64,000 nt of DNA from assembly GCA_011109175.1 (NCBI GenBank), contig RDEW01000023.1:407225-471224 (forward strand), read 5' to 3'. Positions 14,245 through 27,400 of this stretch are shown here, in pieces. Positions within the stretch are counted from its first letter, which is position 1, and each line of letters starts with the position of its first letter. The position numbers and the translations under genes were made by a program. This DNA is from Dicyema japonicum. Lineage: Eukaryota; Animalia; Dicyemida. The notes under the pieces are model-generated. The model made no database searches. It saw only the letters and a program-made list of their open reading frames with translations, and was not told the origin of the DNA.

Positions 14245-16152
14245 TTATTTTTTATAAATATTAGTATCCGAATATTTTATTTTTTCGAATACCCATTGTT
14301 GTGAATGATCCCCAGTACATTTATCCAAGATAACATTATTAAAGTAAGTGAGACACATTATTTTATTATCCAAACTATACTTCAATTGAAATGTGCTCTA
14401 CAAAATATTACGACAAATAACATTATCATAATTCCAAGGTCCCTTACCAAAATATTCATAATCATCTCTAATCAACCCACCATTTCTATAATAAATTCCC
14501 CTTTCAGAGACACCAATGTGACCCCGCATATCCAAACGGAAATACTGAATATTATTACAAACCAACCATATTACCAACTGGCGTGGTGGGACAACCCGAA
14601 AGAATCAATTTCCCATATAAATCAGAATTTCCTGATGACAAGCACATTTTTGAACTGATGGAGCGAATCTAACACTGTTAATAACAAAATACATTGCCCG
14701 AATAAACATTTTCGTGTGGATACGGATAAGTCTTAAGCATATCAAAAGCTACGTTCTTCATGAACCAACCAAATGACTTGCATTTTAACTGATTTTTGAT
14801 AGCTAGAGAACGTGACACGTCCACCGTGAATCCATCCAGTTCAGGATGCCGACGGTAAAAGTACTTTTTGTGTTCCTCGTCGAACCAAGCCTCTACAACC
14901 CGTTTATGATTCTGAAATTACCACACAGTTAACCAAATCAGAAAGTGGGACGTTCGATGTATATTTGTCCCCCTCGTAACTCGTTCAGGTCCCCTATAAA
15001 TATGACCAACACGTGAGCATGGCACCCACAAAACCTCGCCATGGCACATCCACGTCTAAATAATAAGACACGTTTACTTTAAAGGACAGTTCGTACTGCT
15101 CACCTCCCCATATGAGCAATCCATCGTCATAATACCCAATCTGTTTAAAAAATAGTCGATCAATAGCCAGTAATCCGCCAGCATGAGTAGGAGAGCTGTA
15201 CGGTTCGGTTAAAATACTTCCTTCTTTGCGAACAGCATTCATCTCCTTATAAAAGAATCCCCACTCAAAAATCCCAACTGGATTGGTATTGACTCCATAA
15301 ATAGCGGTGTATTCAAAAGTATCCCAAGAAATTCCATCAATAAAAGGCACAGCGATGGCTTTACGATTTTTCTTAATAACTGCAAGGAGGGGAGGCAGCC
15401 AGTTCACGTTGACTTCACAGTGAGCATCCAAGAATATCACAACATCCCAGAAGCTGCCTTAGCCCCCGTGGTTCTCGCAGAAATGAGCCCTTCGTTTTCT
15501 TCGTTTCTTATAATTTTCACCAAATTCCCATATTCCCGTGTTTTTTCAGCAAATTCTTTAACCAAGTTGGCTGGATAATCACATTTATCTTACTATCAAA
15601 GGTCCCATCGTCGACCAAAATGATCTCTTTTAAGAATTCAGCAGGACTCCTGTTGATTATTGAGTTTACTGTCCTGAAAACAACTGAAAGTGACTCAAAG
15701 TAGAAGACAAGAACAACAGAAGCGGTAGGTAAACTACTCGGGTAGCTCCAATAACGGCATTCCTTGTTTCTTGTGTCTAACACGGTCCTGTTGAGGGAGA
15801 TTATCTTGCTAATCCCATCCCTGTAGCCAAATGGCATCGAAGATATGTGATAGTTTACAGTTACAGGTTTTCCGTTGTCACCTAAGAATCAACACAATGA
15901 ACATTCCTGGGCCTGTTAATGGCTCAAGTTCTGTAGGTTCGTAGTTTCCAAGTTTTTTCTTGTTGTAGAATGGCACTTTTACGATCTCATTAGTTTTTAC
16001 AACCTCATTCGTTTTTCTCCAAGTTGAATGACTTTTGTGGTGGTAAAATTTTTCAAACCCATCAAAAATAGTGAATAACATGCAAAAAGGCATATTATCA
16101 AGAATATTATACGCTTACGAAAACTTAAAAAAAGAAAAGGCGAATAAAGCAT
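14245..16152 (-). CDS. GALNT7: Polypeptide N-acetylgalactosaminyltransferase, GALNT7-like, with several micro-introns
   Basis: Type II anchor [76 protein letters not shown], ricin-type QQW C-terminus; a few homopolymer frameshifts. Confidence 0.9.
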
Positions 16153-16230
16153 TGAACACCACAAGATAAATAAAACCGGACTAAAAATTTAAAATACTAA
16201 ATTTATAATTAACCTATTTATTTTTTTAAA

Positions 16231-19200
16231 ACATGCAACGTGCGTTCGATTCGGTGGCGTTAAAACTCTCTCGAGTTGGCAAAAATGTTGAAAGGAAAAA
16301 AGGAGAAGGGTCACTTGCGTTACCTGATGGTATGAATGTAATTCTTGCCATATCCGAGAGCGTTGTGGCAGATGACCCAAAAGAATGGGCGAGGCAGGTA
16401 GTCCTGCAGGTACGTAGCAGGCTATCTCGAATGCCCTGGAATGGATGGCCATACTTGGCGGAGCTCTGCAGTGGCAGATTCAGTACTGCTATATCTGTGA
16501 GTGAACTCAAGAAGATGGCTGTAGGCAAAGAGGGTACTGGTCTAAAGGGGCGGGGACCAGGTGACCACAACTGTCAAAGAGAGCACGAGCACCAGAGCTG
16601 TGATACGTTGCAGCTCAAGCATGTTTATGAGGTCTTTGCGCGGAATCTCGCTGCAGCGGCAGATGTCCCACTTGAGGACCGTAGATTTACCCGCAAGATT
16701 CCCCAATGTAAGGTTAACGGTGAGTGTTAACTTGCATCAATAAGGCTGTGGCTTATGCGGTGGAGGCTAAGCCAGTAGGGTCATTGGGTGACATCTCCCT
16801 AGTGCTGTATGCAGCACAGATCACCTATGAGGAATTGACGGACAAGCCCAGACCACCCAGTAAATGGAGGGAGCAGATCTGTGCCAAGATTGCTTGGAGA
16901 CAGACTGAGCTGGAAGCACTGGAGGGGCACATAAGTAGTGTGGCGAGAGGGGTTAGAGGAAAAGCACCGGCTATAGTAAAGGGGCTAATTAGTAAACTCC
17001 GTGTTCCCAAATGGGACCTCAAAGAGTTGAGGAGGGCAAAGGTGGAGTTAGAGGGGGCAATAATGGTGTATAAGAGGAAACTCTATACACATGAAAGTCG
17101 GTGTAAGAGAAGGAGAGAAAATAATCTGTTTGAGTTTAATCGCAGATTGTTTTACCGTCGCCTACACGAAAATGGCCATAGTGTATGTTCCCAGCAGGAC
17201 GCGGAAATGCTTTCCACATGGGGTAGTATGTGGGAGGCTAAACCACGCAGAGGAAATGCGTGGAATGTCCCGTACAGCGCCGCTCCTTTCTTGGCGGAAT
17301 CTTGCGGAATTTTCGATTTTCGCAAGAAATTTGAGGCGGTAGTGAGACATCTCCCTGATTGGAAGACGACCGGGGTCGATAAAGTTTATAATTTCTTTAT
17401 CAAAAGATGCACTTCATTACACGAGTCTATGTGTCGTGTATTACAGAAAAGCATCACTAACCCGGAAACGATTCCTGATTGGGCATGCACAGGGACAACT
17501 TATTTGATCCCAAAGCTGGACAACCCCCAGTCTGCTGCAGATTATCGACCGATAACCTGCATGCCAACCCTGTATAAGCTGATGACCAAATTAGTGGCTA
17601 ATGAGGTCAGGAGCTTTGTAGACGCAAATGGGATTCTCTCCGAGAATCAGTTGGGAACTGTGCGAAATTGTCAGGGGGCAAAAGAGCAGGCTTTGATCAA
17701 CAAATGCCTTTCTGTGTCTCACGGAAACTCACTTTTGTCTATGTGGGTGGATGTGAAGAAGGCTTACGATTCAGTTGATCATTCTTACCTTGTCGAGTGC
17801 CTACACAGTCTGTGTATGCCTGTGTGGTTCATCAGCTTTGTAGTGGCTGTGATGAATAGGTGGAGTATTCATCTGAACTATAATAGGCACCGGATAGGCG
17901 AGGTAAAACTCAAGAGGGGGATCTTCAGGGGGATAGCATGTCTCCGCTACTCTTTGTTCTCTGTTTGGAGCCATTGAGTCGCCGCCTCAATGACCGGTTT
18001 GAGCAAATACCAGTTCATTGTGAAGGGGTCTGTTTCAGTACAAATCACCTTCTTTTTATCGATGACTTGAAGATGTATGCTCGAACAGCCGAGGAGCTCT
18101 ACTCCATGGGGGTCTGTGCCAGGGAATTCTTTGAGAGTATAGGGCTAGATTTGAATTATTCAAAGTCTGCGACTAACACGCAAGTATGTAGCGAGTTAGT
18201 AAGAGTCCTAGAGGAACACGAAGGATATAAGTATCTGGGTGTTACCGAATCTCCAAAGTCCCTTATAATGCCTGAGACAAAGCGACAAATTACTGAAGGC
18301 ATCCGTAAAAGAGCAGCGTTATTGTGTAAGACGTCTCTAAATGCAAGGAATTTGTTCCTAGCATTAAATGAGTATGCTGTCTCGCTGCTAAACTACTACA
18401 TAGGTGTTGTGGAGTTTGAGCCCAAAGAGTATGATGAGATGGATGTTATGATCCGTGGAGTACTCAGAGAGAACCATGTCCATGTGTTGGCAGCCAATAA
18501 GGAGAGACTATATTTACCCCGTGATAAATTCGGCCGTGGACTGTGTGGAGTAGTCCAACTAAGTGAGCGTATCCTAATGCGAATGCACGACACCCTGATA
18601 GCTGGGTCAAGTGTGTCTGCTAGGAAGCACGCCATAATAACGACCGAGAAAACACGGGCAACCCACCTAGGCACTATCAGACCTTTTTTGTCTGCTAAGT
18701 ATGGTGTTGATGATGGTGGGCTAGTAAATGTGAAGGCGTTGATCGAATTACAATATAATAATTTGATGGAAAAGATCAACTTAAAAAGCCTTCATAAGGT
18801 CCTCTTCAGAGCATTGGACAACCCACATGTCGACCTTAAGTCGTCGACAATATGGCTAAAATACGGTGACAACTCACCTCGATCGGAGGCGTTGTACACG
18901 TATATGCAAGACCGCAATATTTTTTGGGGTCGATCAACAAATACATGTCCCCACTGTAAGTCAAGGAGCATGTCGGTTGATCATTTAGCCACTCGATGTG
19001 GATCCATGCTCTGCCACGACTATGTGTGGAGGCACAACGAGGTAGTAAGGAGTCTTCATCTTCTACTATGCAATAAGTATGGTATTCGCCACACCAGAAA
19101 GTTGCGGACTCATAAGGTGCAATCTGTAGTAGAGAACACCAGGGTCCAAATTAAGGTAGACAGTGTTATCCGTACCTCGGTGCTAGTCAAGCACAATAAA

Positions 19201-19683
19201 CCGGACATTGTGGTACACGATAAGGAGTCTGGCCAAGTCCTTATCATAGAGGTTGGCATCACGTCTCAAGACCGTTTGCAGACTGTGGAGGTGGAGAAAA
19301 AAAGGAAGTATGACTTTCTTGCAAACGAGATGGGGCAGATGCTTGGTTGCAAGGTCCTCGTTATTCCTATAGTAATGACGTGGGAAGGAATTGCAACAAA
19401 GTACCACAAGGGTTATCTGAAGCAGTTGGGGGTAGATAGGAAGCTCCAGGCCTATCTACAGTCCACTGTGTTAAAGCGGACCCTAGAGAGCCTGACACTG
19501 GAGTATAGGAGGCAGAGCCCTGAGATGCCATATGGGCAGAGGGTTCAATTAGACAAGCGCTCTCGGAGTTGTTTCAGCAACCAGAATCGAACCTGCCTGA
19601 GGAGGCTGGCGAACAGGCAGGCGAGGAAGGTTGTTGATTAATAAATATATTAACTTTTTTTTTTGTTTATTAAATAAAGTGGG
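16231..19683 (+). mobile_element. R4/Dong-like non-LTR retrotransposon (family A), single RT-CCHC-RLE ORF, near intact
   Basis: YRPITC, ENQLG, DVKKAYDSV, QGDSMSP, FIDD, YKYLG, CPHC..H..C, RHNEVV, KPDI..IIEV; TSD ACCTATTTA(T)nAAA at 16212-16230 and 19684-19700. Confidence 0.93.
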
Positions 19684-19799
19684 ACCTATTTATTTTTAAA
19701 TAAAACTAATTAATTTATGTGACAGTCCGTAGATGTAACTGTAGACACATTCCCCGTTGATACTTGGTGATGGAATTTCGATTCTTTTTCATAAATTAG

Positions 19800-21060
19800 G
19801 AAAGAGCAAGGGACCTATAAAAAAATCAATCCCACAATGAAGACTTGTGATATTACTGGGAACATTGAGGCAGATACTATCTCTGATCTTCTGATGTTTA
19901 TGAATTTTTGTCTCCGGGACAGAATGGGTTCAGAAAGGGACGCTCGACCGCAGATGCTGTTTGCTCCCACGGGTGGATATGTGCCATGTGTCAACGATAC
20001 AGGAGTGATTTTAAGATTTTGGGAGTGGACATGTCCGGTACGTTTGACACTGTTAACAGAAAAACATTGTTGGACGTTGCTGGGAGTTTCCTTGATGATG
20101 ATAACACAAGTCTTGTCCGTTTCCTATTATCTAACACTGAATTAACTGTACGAGTTGGGAACACAACATCGAAGCCTTTCGGGTTGGAATATCTCAGGGG
20201 GACTCTCTATCTCGTATACCTGGAAGCGGCATTGAGAGCTCTTAGAACAAAATGTGAAGGATGCCGATGGAGATTATATATGCAGATGACATAGATTTTG
20301 TGTCAGAAAATGATCAGGAACTTGGACTTGCTTTAGAGAAAATCCCTGGAGAATTTAAGAATTGGACTCTGCGAGTTAATTAGGAAAAGGCTGAACACAC
20401 AGGAATCACAAGGTAATCAAAATATATTGATGAAAATTGGAGGAAAAAAAGGAAATTGGAATCCTTACTTGGTGATAGTGAGAACATGATGTGTAGAAGA
20501 GTTTTAGCCACTACTATGTATGAGAAAATGCAGAAGATATAGTCGACAAAAACTAATAAAAACATACCTAAGAATAAGACTATACAGCTCATATATAAAC
20601 CGGTGCTTATGTACAATTCGCGTGCATGGGGGTCACAAAGATAGAGTTCAAAAATGGATATATTTCATCGAAAATAATTACGCAATTTACTGGGTCTAGG
20701 TTGGCCAAAGAGAATTTCAAATAAGAAATTATACTTTCTGGCACAATCGAGACCAATAAGCATCGATGTTATTGAATCAAAATGGAGACTGTTTGGATAC
20801 GTGCTTAAAATAAATATAAACGCCCCTGCAAATATAATAATGGACAATAACTTTAACAATGAGAACAAAGCATCGTTCAGAGGAAGGCCCAGAGTCACTC
20901 TCCTTGTGACTCTGAATAGGGACCTTAATGGAATTGGAAGGAAACTAAAATCTGCAGAAGACCTAGAAGATCTACGGACAGATACGCAAAGCAGATGGCG
21001 ATGGAGACGCCTATTGAAGCAAATTTCAAAACGTGTGGCACAAACGGGACCTTAGTTAAT
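19800..21060 (+). mobile_element. Decayed RTE-like LINE, RT to 3' end
   Basis: QNGFRKGRSTAD, DMSGTFDTV, YADD, RGRPRVTL. Confidence 0.8.
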
Positions 21061-21189
21061 ATAACGTTCTTTAGTTCTGTGAGAGTGCTTTTAATAAGAA
21101 TAATAATTTTAAAAAATAAAACGTGTCTGAATGGGTTAAGTGAGTCTCGACAAAGAAACAATCGAAAAAATAAAGAATCCAAGTCAATT

Positions 21190-21610
21190 TGGGGCTGAAA
21201 ATTCTGATTCTAGAGTGAAAAGATTTAGGCTAAATCAAATAGCCAAATCGTAAATTTTTAAAGATGATATTTCTTATATAACCAGAAATCAAACTAAATT
21301 GAGATTTTTTGTAAGGAAGTGGAAGAACTTAAGCTAAAATTTATCGAGGTTTTTATATTTTTTGAGTTTTAGCCTGAGCCCAATCTGAATCATTTTGGCC
21401 AGGGATCAGTTGTATTGAAAACTCCGAAGAAAATTTTGAATTAGAACAATTAAAGGCCGTCAACAATGAATTACTGGAATTGGAGGATTCGAGAAAAGAT
21501 GTATACACAAATATTGTGCAGGCAGCAGACAGGATGGAAGAAAAAACGTAAATTGAATTACGATGAATATGCATTTAAAACTGGCAGCATGGTTATATTA
21601 AGGATTTTAT
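21190..21610 (+). mobile_element. Internally deleted Gypsy-type-integrase (Ginger-like) element with a 24-nt intron
   Basis: KFIE|intron 21349-21372|PExNLNHFG(R)DQLY resembles the first half of an integrase H2C2 domain, joined directly to a post-catalytic coil ending FKTGSMVIL; second copy at 25707-25905. Confidence 0.55.
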
Positions 21611-21789
21611 CTTGTAATTTTACGGTTGGGCACCTTCGCTTTTCTGGGCATTTTTCATTTGGAGTCTATTTTCCAGCATTAATTTCCAAATTTGTAAATT
21701 TTCTGGAGCCCCAAACCGGGGCACAAAGTATTTGAAATATTCCAGAAACTCAGAGAACATAATTTTCGAATATCAGGGCCAATCATTAA

Positions 21790-22342
21790 AAAAATAGGCT
21801 TTATTGTTATATCAAAAATTGGATTACAATAAATCTATGTTGCAATTATGAGGGTGTAAAACTTAAACGATTGATTATTGGGAAATATAATAAACCTCGC
21901 TGTTTCAAAAATGTCGATTTTTAATCGAATTTTTATGTCTTCAGGACATCGAAAGTGATTTTAAAGAACGTCTTTCAAAACTAAACCTTTGTCAGGTTGT
22001 AATGCTGGTTTCAAAAAGTTGGAATGAAGTAACAGAAATTACAATCACAGATTGTTGGAAACAAATTGAAAAAATCGTGATCTCTTAAATATTGATGATC
22101 GCATAACTTATGAAATAATGACCGAAACTGATGATGAAGAAACCATTGAATGCGACACTTCTATCTATTATGGAGATATAGCTGAAAACGAGGACGTGAC
22201 AGAGAAACAAACTCTGGAAACTTTGAATACTCTGGAACAGAACATTTCCTGCATAACACCAAAGTCATTCAAAAAATTTTACGAATTCCGAATGACAGTA
22301 ATGAGAAAGATCCGAAATGGTTACAAAATTGAGGAAAAATAA
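21790..22342 (+). mobile_element. pogo/Tigger transposase relic
   Basis: CCN..G.KL..LIIGKYNKPRCFKNV and SWNEVTEITITDCW. Confidence 0.7.
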
Positions 22343-22439
22343 CCGATTACTTCGTTAAAGAGCGACTTGATAGATATTATTAATCATAAAATAAAATCTA
22401 TTACCTTTTTTTGCATTTATATAGTTTAAAATAAAAGAT

Positions 22440-24430
22440 TTTAGAATGGAAAAAAACAATGACCCCTGTTTTCGGGGCACAAAGTGTCCCAAACAGGGGT
22501 TACAATGTACTTCCATTATTCTGTTACACGGTGTAGTCGGGTCCAGTCTGAGAATATGTCCAAATAGTTGCCATCTCGATAGAATAACGGCCATGCTAAT
22601 TGATGTAGATTTACATAGAGCATATAGTTTCTCGTTGAGATTTTTCTCGGCCAGAAGATTCCAATCAGTATGCGCAGTTGGCTTCTTTTAAGTGTATAGC
22701 CTCTCTAAATCGTTTTTCGAGGTTTCTCATGTTCCGGAATTGTATATCAGTATTGGATTGATAAACGTGTCGTATAATCTGACACGAAGTTTCAGTGAAA
22801 CACCTTTCTCAGCTCCCAGAGGGTAGCTTCGAGGTATATGATGAATAGAATGGGGATAAGGAATCACCTTGTGGGGTTCCTATGTTGATGCTGAAGCTCT
22901 ATGATGCTTAGTTCCTATTCTCACGGATAGATCAGTTAGTTGGTTAGTTAAGAGCTCTTTCGCGTGGCCCTAAAAGGGGTTCGCTTGAGCCATGTTTTTC
23001 AGCCATCCTCCTCGCCATCCTCGCCCACGCCATCTTGTTCCTGGCCCTCATTCGAACATCATCCAAATCGTCCGCTGTCACCAATTTACGACTATTTTGT
23101 TTGTAGTCATCTTTTAAGCAGGTTGGAAGTGTGTTTCTTGGTCTGCCTCGAAATCCGCGACTTCCGGCGTAGTAGAAATATTCTTCCATTATTCTGTTAC
23201 ATGGTGTAGCCGGGTCCAGTCTGAGGATATCTCGAAATAGTCGCCATCTCGATAAAATAACATCGGTGCTGAGTGGTCTGGATTTACATCGTGAGTATAG
23301 ATTTTCATTTGAGATTTTTCTCGGCCAAAAAATTTCAATCAACATGCGGAGTTGGTTTCCTGTGAAAAGTATCTAGCTTCTCTAAATCAATTTTAGAACA
23401 TGCCCATGTTCCGGAATTGTATAGCAAAATTGGTTTAACAAACGTGTCGTATAGTCTGACACGAAGTTTCAGTGATACATGTTTTTTCCTTATGGATAAG
23501 GAAAAAACAGATAGATCAGTTTTAGAAATTAATAGACTTATTAGTCTCGGACAGTCCTCGTCAAGCAGTTCCTGTAGAATACCCATGAGTTTTTTCTCTG
23601 TTGATCTGTTAAAAGCCTTCGTTAGATCAATTTCTAGGATTTAAATGACTTTCCTGTAGTTTTGACATATTGATGTAAGTTATAGATGACTCCACACGAT
23701 ATGAGATAGACCTGCCAATTCTAAACCCACTTTGACTTTTGGAAAGGTAAAACTTACCAGTTTTGAACGTATTTCTTTCTGCTGTTCCGACAATTCTCTT
23801 ATTACGGGGTAATGAATAATACGTCTATTCCGGTCTTTTCCCTGGTGTCCAACAGTATCTGTCGCCGGCAGTTTTAAGATATCCAAGATCATCTCAAAGT
23901 CAGTCGAGGGGTGCTACTGGTTTTCAACACCCGCAATCGTTTAGAGACATTTTATTGGTGTCTCCTATGCCAATTGTCAAAAGTCAACAATTCCACAGCC
24001 AAACGTCTATTTAGAGGGGTACTTTTCTTTCTTTACTGCTTCAATTCCGAAGTATCGTTTAAGATTTATTCTGGCCACTGTTAATTTATGGTCACTGTCA
24101 GTTGTAGATCCTCCATAACTCCTAGAGTCAGTCAACAGTCTCTTTAAAGAAATTAGGCTGATAATATTATCTACTTGGTTATAAATATACATGTTGTCGC
24201 CGTCTTTGGACCTTCTTGTGTCAACCCAAATGGTTTTGTGCTTTGCAGGGTGTTTAAACGTGGTATTGCATAGACACAGATTTGATGAATTACAAAAATC
24301 AACAAGAGAGTGTCCAGAGAGATTTCGATATTTTCTGCAATGTTTTCCCATACAGACTTCTTTATCCCTTCTCATGCTTGATTTGGCATTCCAATCACCA
24401 CATATGAACATTAGTGTAGATTTATGAACT
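22440..24430 (-). mobile_element. Two tandem RTE-like LINE remnants
   Basis: GDWNAK, DSDHKL, RLYDTFVKPILLYNSGTW, SRWRLF, RGRPRNTL; (ACTA)-type tail near 22925. Confidence 0.8.
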
Positions 24431-24477
24431 TACAAATGTGTATTAGGGTTTTTTTGTTAATTAGAAATTACTTTAGC

Positions 24478-24660
24478 ATAATAACAGCCTTTTCACGAGA
24501 GCCATATTATCTATAGCTCCGCATAGGCAGGACACACACTTAATTTAAGTAAAGAACAGTTAATTTTAACTAATCGTAGAACCAAGGAATGATTTATACT
24601 TCTTTTTTATTTTTTTGTGTGTGGGTCCTTTTTAAACTATCCAGTTCCACAGTGAACACC
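24478..24660 (-). mobile_element. 5'-truncated SINE (family S)
   Basis: Reverse-complement match to 300-482. Confidence 0.85.
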
Positions 24661-24899
24661 AGCGAGACGATATGTTGGTTTTTAACGAAAGAAGAATTTT
24701 TTCTACATGTGTTTATTTTCGGAAAAAAAATTATTTTTAAAGTATTTGGGCATTTTACTTAACCACTAGAATTTAAATATAATAAATTTGGTAAGAAATC
24801 ATGAGCGTTACACCTACGGACTGTGACAATTTATTATAACAGTTTTGGCATTTGTTTAAAAAGTGACAGCCACTTTCCTGTAACTAAATCAATACCAAA

Positions 24900-26060
24900 A
24901 GTTATGGAAAAACTTGTGCTCACAAAAATAAAGGAATTCCTGCCGGATATGCCCTTCCCACATGGCTTTAAAAATATATAAGCGGTCAATCATCGTTATA
25001 ATTAGGGAATTTTTGCCATAAAATGCCATTTTTTAAGAGAAGGGTCACATTGGTGTATAAATTTATTACTTTTTTTAAGTTTCAATTTAGGTCATTTAGA
25101 TGTGAAGTTATATCCACGAAAAATGCCAATTTGGAAATGTTAACAGTATTTCGGAAATATAAAGCATCATAATTCTTTTCCTCAAGAAAAAGTATGACAT
25201 CATCCCGTATATGAAATAGTCTCTTGAGCATGGATCCTCTGCTAAACCATCTCACATTAGAAAAATATGAGATCTCCATATTCGGCTTCAGTATCCATTA
25301 AAAATTGTTTGAAGTGCCGATGATTTAAGCCACGGGATAAAATAAAATTAACTGCATTAACAGCAGCATCCATTGTCTCGTGTAATTTGACTGATTTGGC
25401 AACTAGCACTTCTTGATAAATAATACAGTGGAATCTTGAACCAAATTGTGCTGAATTCCAAAATTTTCTATTTTTTATCGAAGTAATGAAATAATTTCCT
25501 TTTTGTTCTCAACCATAGAAGGAGCCCTATCTGTTGTAATTCCAACAAATTTCGAAAGTGGGAGATTTGATTCTGTCAAATGTTGCATTGAATGCCCGAA
25601 AACGTCGGTTTCCATCATTGGAATGACTCTGACAAATTTTTCAAAAAATTTGTTTCAGTTATTCTCGTACAAATACGGCAAGTTGAGAAGTATCTCTTCT
25701 GTCAGACGTAATTCAATGTACGCTTTTCTTCCATCCTGTCTGCTACCTGCACAATATTTGTGTATGCATCTTTTCTCGAATTCTCCAATTCCAGTAATTC
25801 ATTATTGACGGCCTTTAATTGTTCTAATTCAAAAGTTTCTTCGGAATTTTCAATACAACCGATCCCGGCCAAAATGATTCAGATTGTACTCAGGCTAAAA
25901 ATCTAATTATTATTATTAAGGCACTTTCACGAAAGCTATATAGTTTATAGCCTGTGCAACACTCAAAACAATATTTTGCGTTAATCTTTTCAAAATTTTA
26001 AAAGCGAGCTTAATTCGTTTAGATCGTTCCCCGTTTTGAACTTTTCGTTTCATTATACAA
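24900..26060 (-). mobile_element. hAT (Buster/GTF2IRD2-like) transposase relic
   Basis: MKRKV N-terminus, DTSQLAVFVR, ITTDRAPSM, HCIIYQE, VRWFSRG, LAFFVDITSHLNDLN. Confidence 0.8.
25707..25905 (-). mobile_element. Second copy of the Ginger-like derivative, embedded in the hAT relic
   Basis: Inverted match to 21365-21562; reads PEYNLNHFGRDRLY after a TTTTTAG acceptor. Confidence 0.65.
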
Positions 26061-26349
26061 TGCGATTGAAAAATAATCAAAATTCCCAAAAAAAAACGTC
26101 GTTTAAAAAGAGATTTACATCCAAGGACATTTCTTCTACTCTTAGGTGACCGTTCCTGAATTTGCCTATAAAATAGAGACAACTTGTCTACTGGGAAAAT
26201 CTTAATTTTAAATCTAAAATATTTAAAAAATTATTTTAACCAAATAAACGCAAATCGTCGTATCACGTACGTTCATGAGTTTTCCCCTAACAGGTTGTTT
26301 CTCACCGGCTGAGGTTGTAGCCACTCACTTTGAACGTCTGCTCAATATG

Positions 26350-27400
26350 AAGAAAGAATAGTCAGATGAGTTTTAAATTTAAACACAAAATTACATCGGA
26401 ATAGGTCTCAGAGCGATTAAAAGCTCAAGGTCAGACGCTCTCAGAAACCCGATACATCAGTTTAGAGTTACTAAAACATGGTCTAATAGAGCTCACAGAA
26501 AAACTAGCGGTGTTGTTTGATATGAGAATAAACAATAATTACTCTAAACTCGGAAAAAGATTAATGAGACCAATTCAGAAAGGAAATAAACCTGCCGGAC
26601 TGATTTAAAACCTTATTAATCACAATACAAAATGTCCTTGTCTTAATCGTTCTCAACCGGATCAGAGCCAGTGAATGAATATCCCGCCCATAGTCATAGT
26701 GGCTTCAAAACAAGAGGTCTACGGCCGATATAATGTGATGCCAGATATGTTATTGTGCTATTTAGCAAAGATTTCAAATAACACAACTATCCTTTGAATA
26801 AATCTTACCTGAGCAGCTTACATTGTATGTCGTGGAAAACTGATTGAAGTAGTCAAAAGTTCTCTAGATGGTTATTCAGTCATCGTGATACAACTCTTCT
26901 TTCCAAAACGAGGCTGAGAGTTCGCATTGAAAAAACTCTATCCAAAGAAATCAAGAAAACAGTGGGCAGACAACATTGAGATTCTTACTATTCATTGTTT
27001 ATTTGGAATCGTCTCTTTGCGATCTCGGAAAGTTCTACCACAATAATGTTATGGAAATTGTTTACGTTGACGACGTGGACTTTGTCTCGAATGACTAGGA
27101 CGCACAACGGTATCTGGGTAAGGTATTGCCGGGTCATATCCATGAACACCTCATTGACAAAGATATCAAGATCAAAAGGATGGAGTCTCATAGAGACGAA
27201 AGATGAAAAAAGTCTCAAAAACCTGGTTTCCCTCCTAGAGATTCTGAAGATATCACCAGAAGAAAATTGTTATCGTCAGTAACTATGACTAAATTAATTA
27301 AAAAAATGGATTGGAAGATGTCCTGTTTTGCCTCTCCCTTCGTCCTAGACTGCATGAAACATTCGTGAAGTCGATTCTCACCTATAATTCGGGCATATTG
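26350..27400 (+). mobile_element. Heavily decayed RTE-like RT
   Basis: YVDDVD, KLGSLL-like and FIVYLE remnants. Confidence 0.55.

Noticed and set aside
16715-16735. Programmed frameshift or two-ORF structure in the R4-like element
   Set aside because: Explained by one missing G; the same error pattern affects housekeeping genes
18396-18779. Antisense ORF repeated at 50116
   Set aside because: Shadow of the retrotransposon ORF, shared only because the copies are near identical
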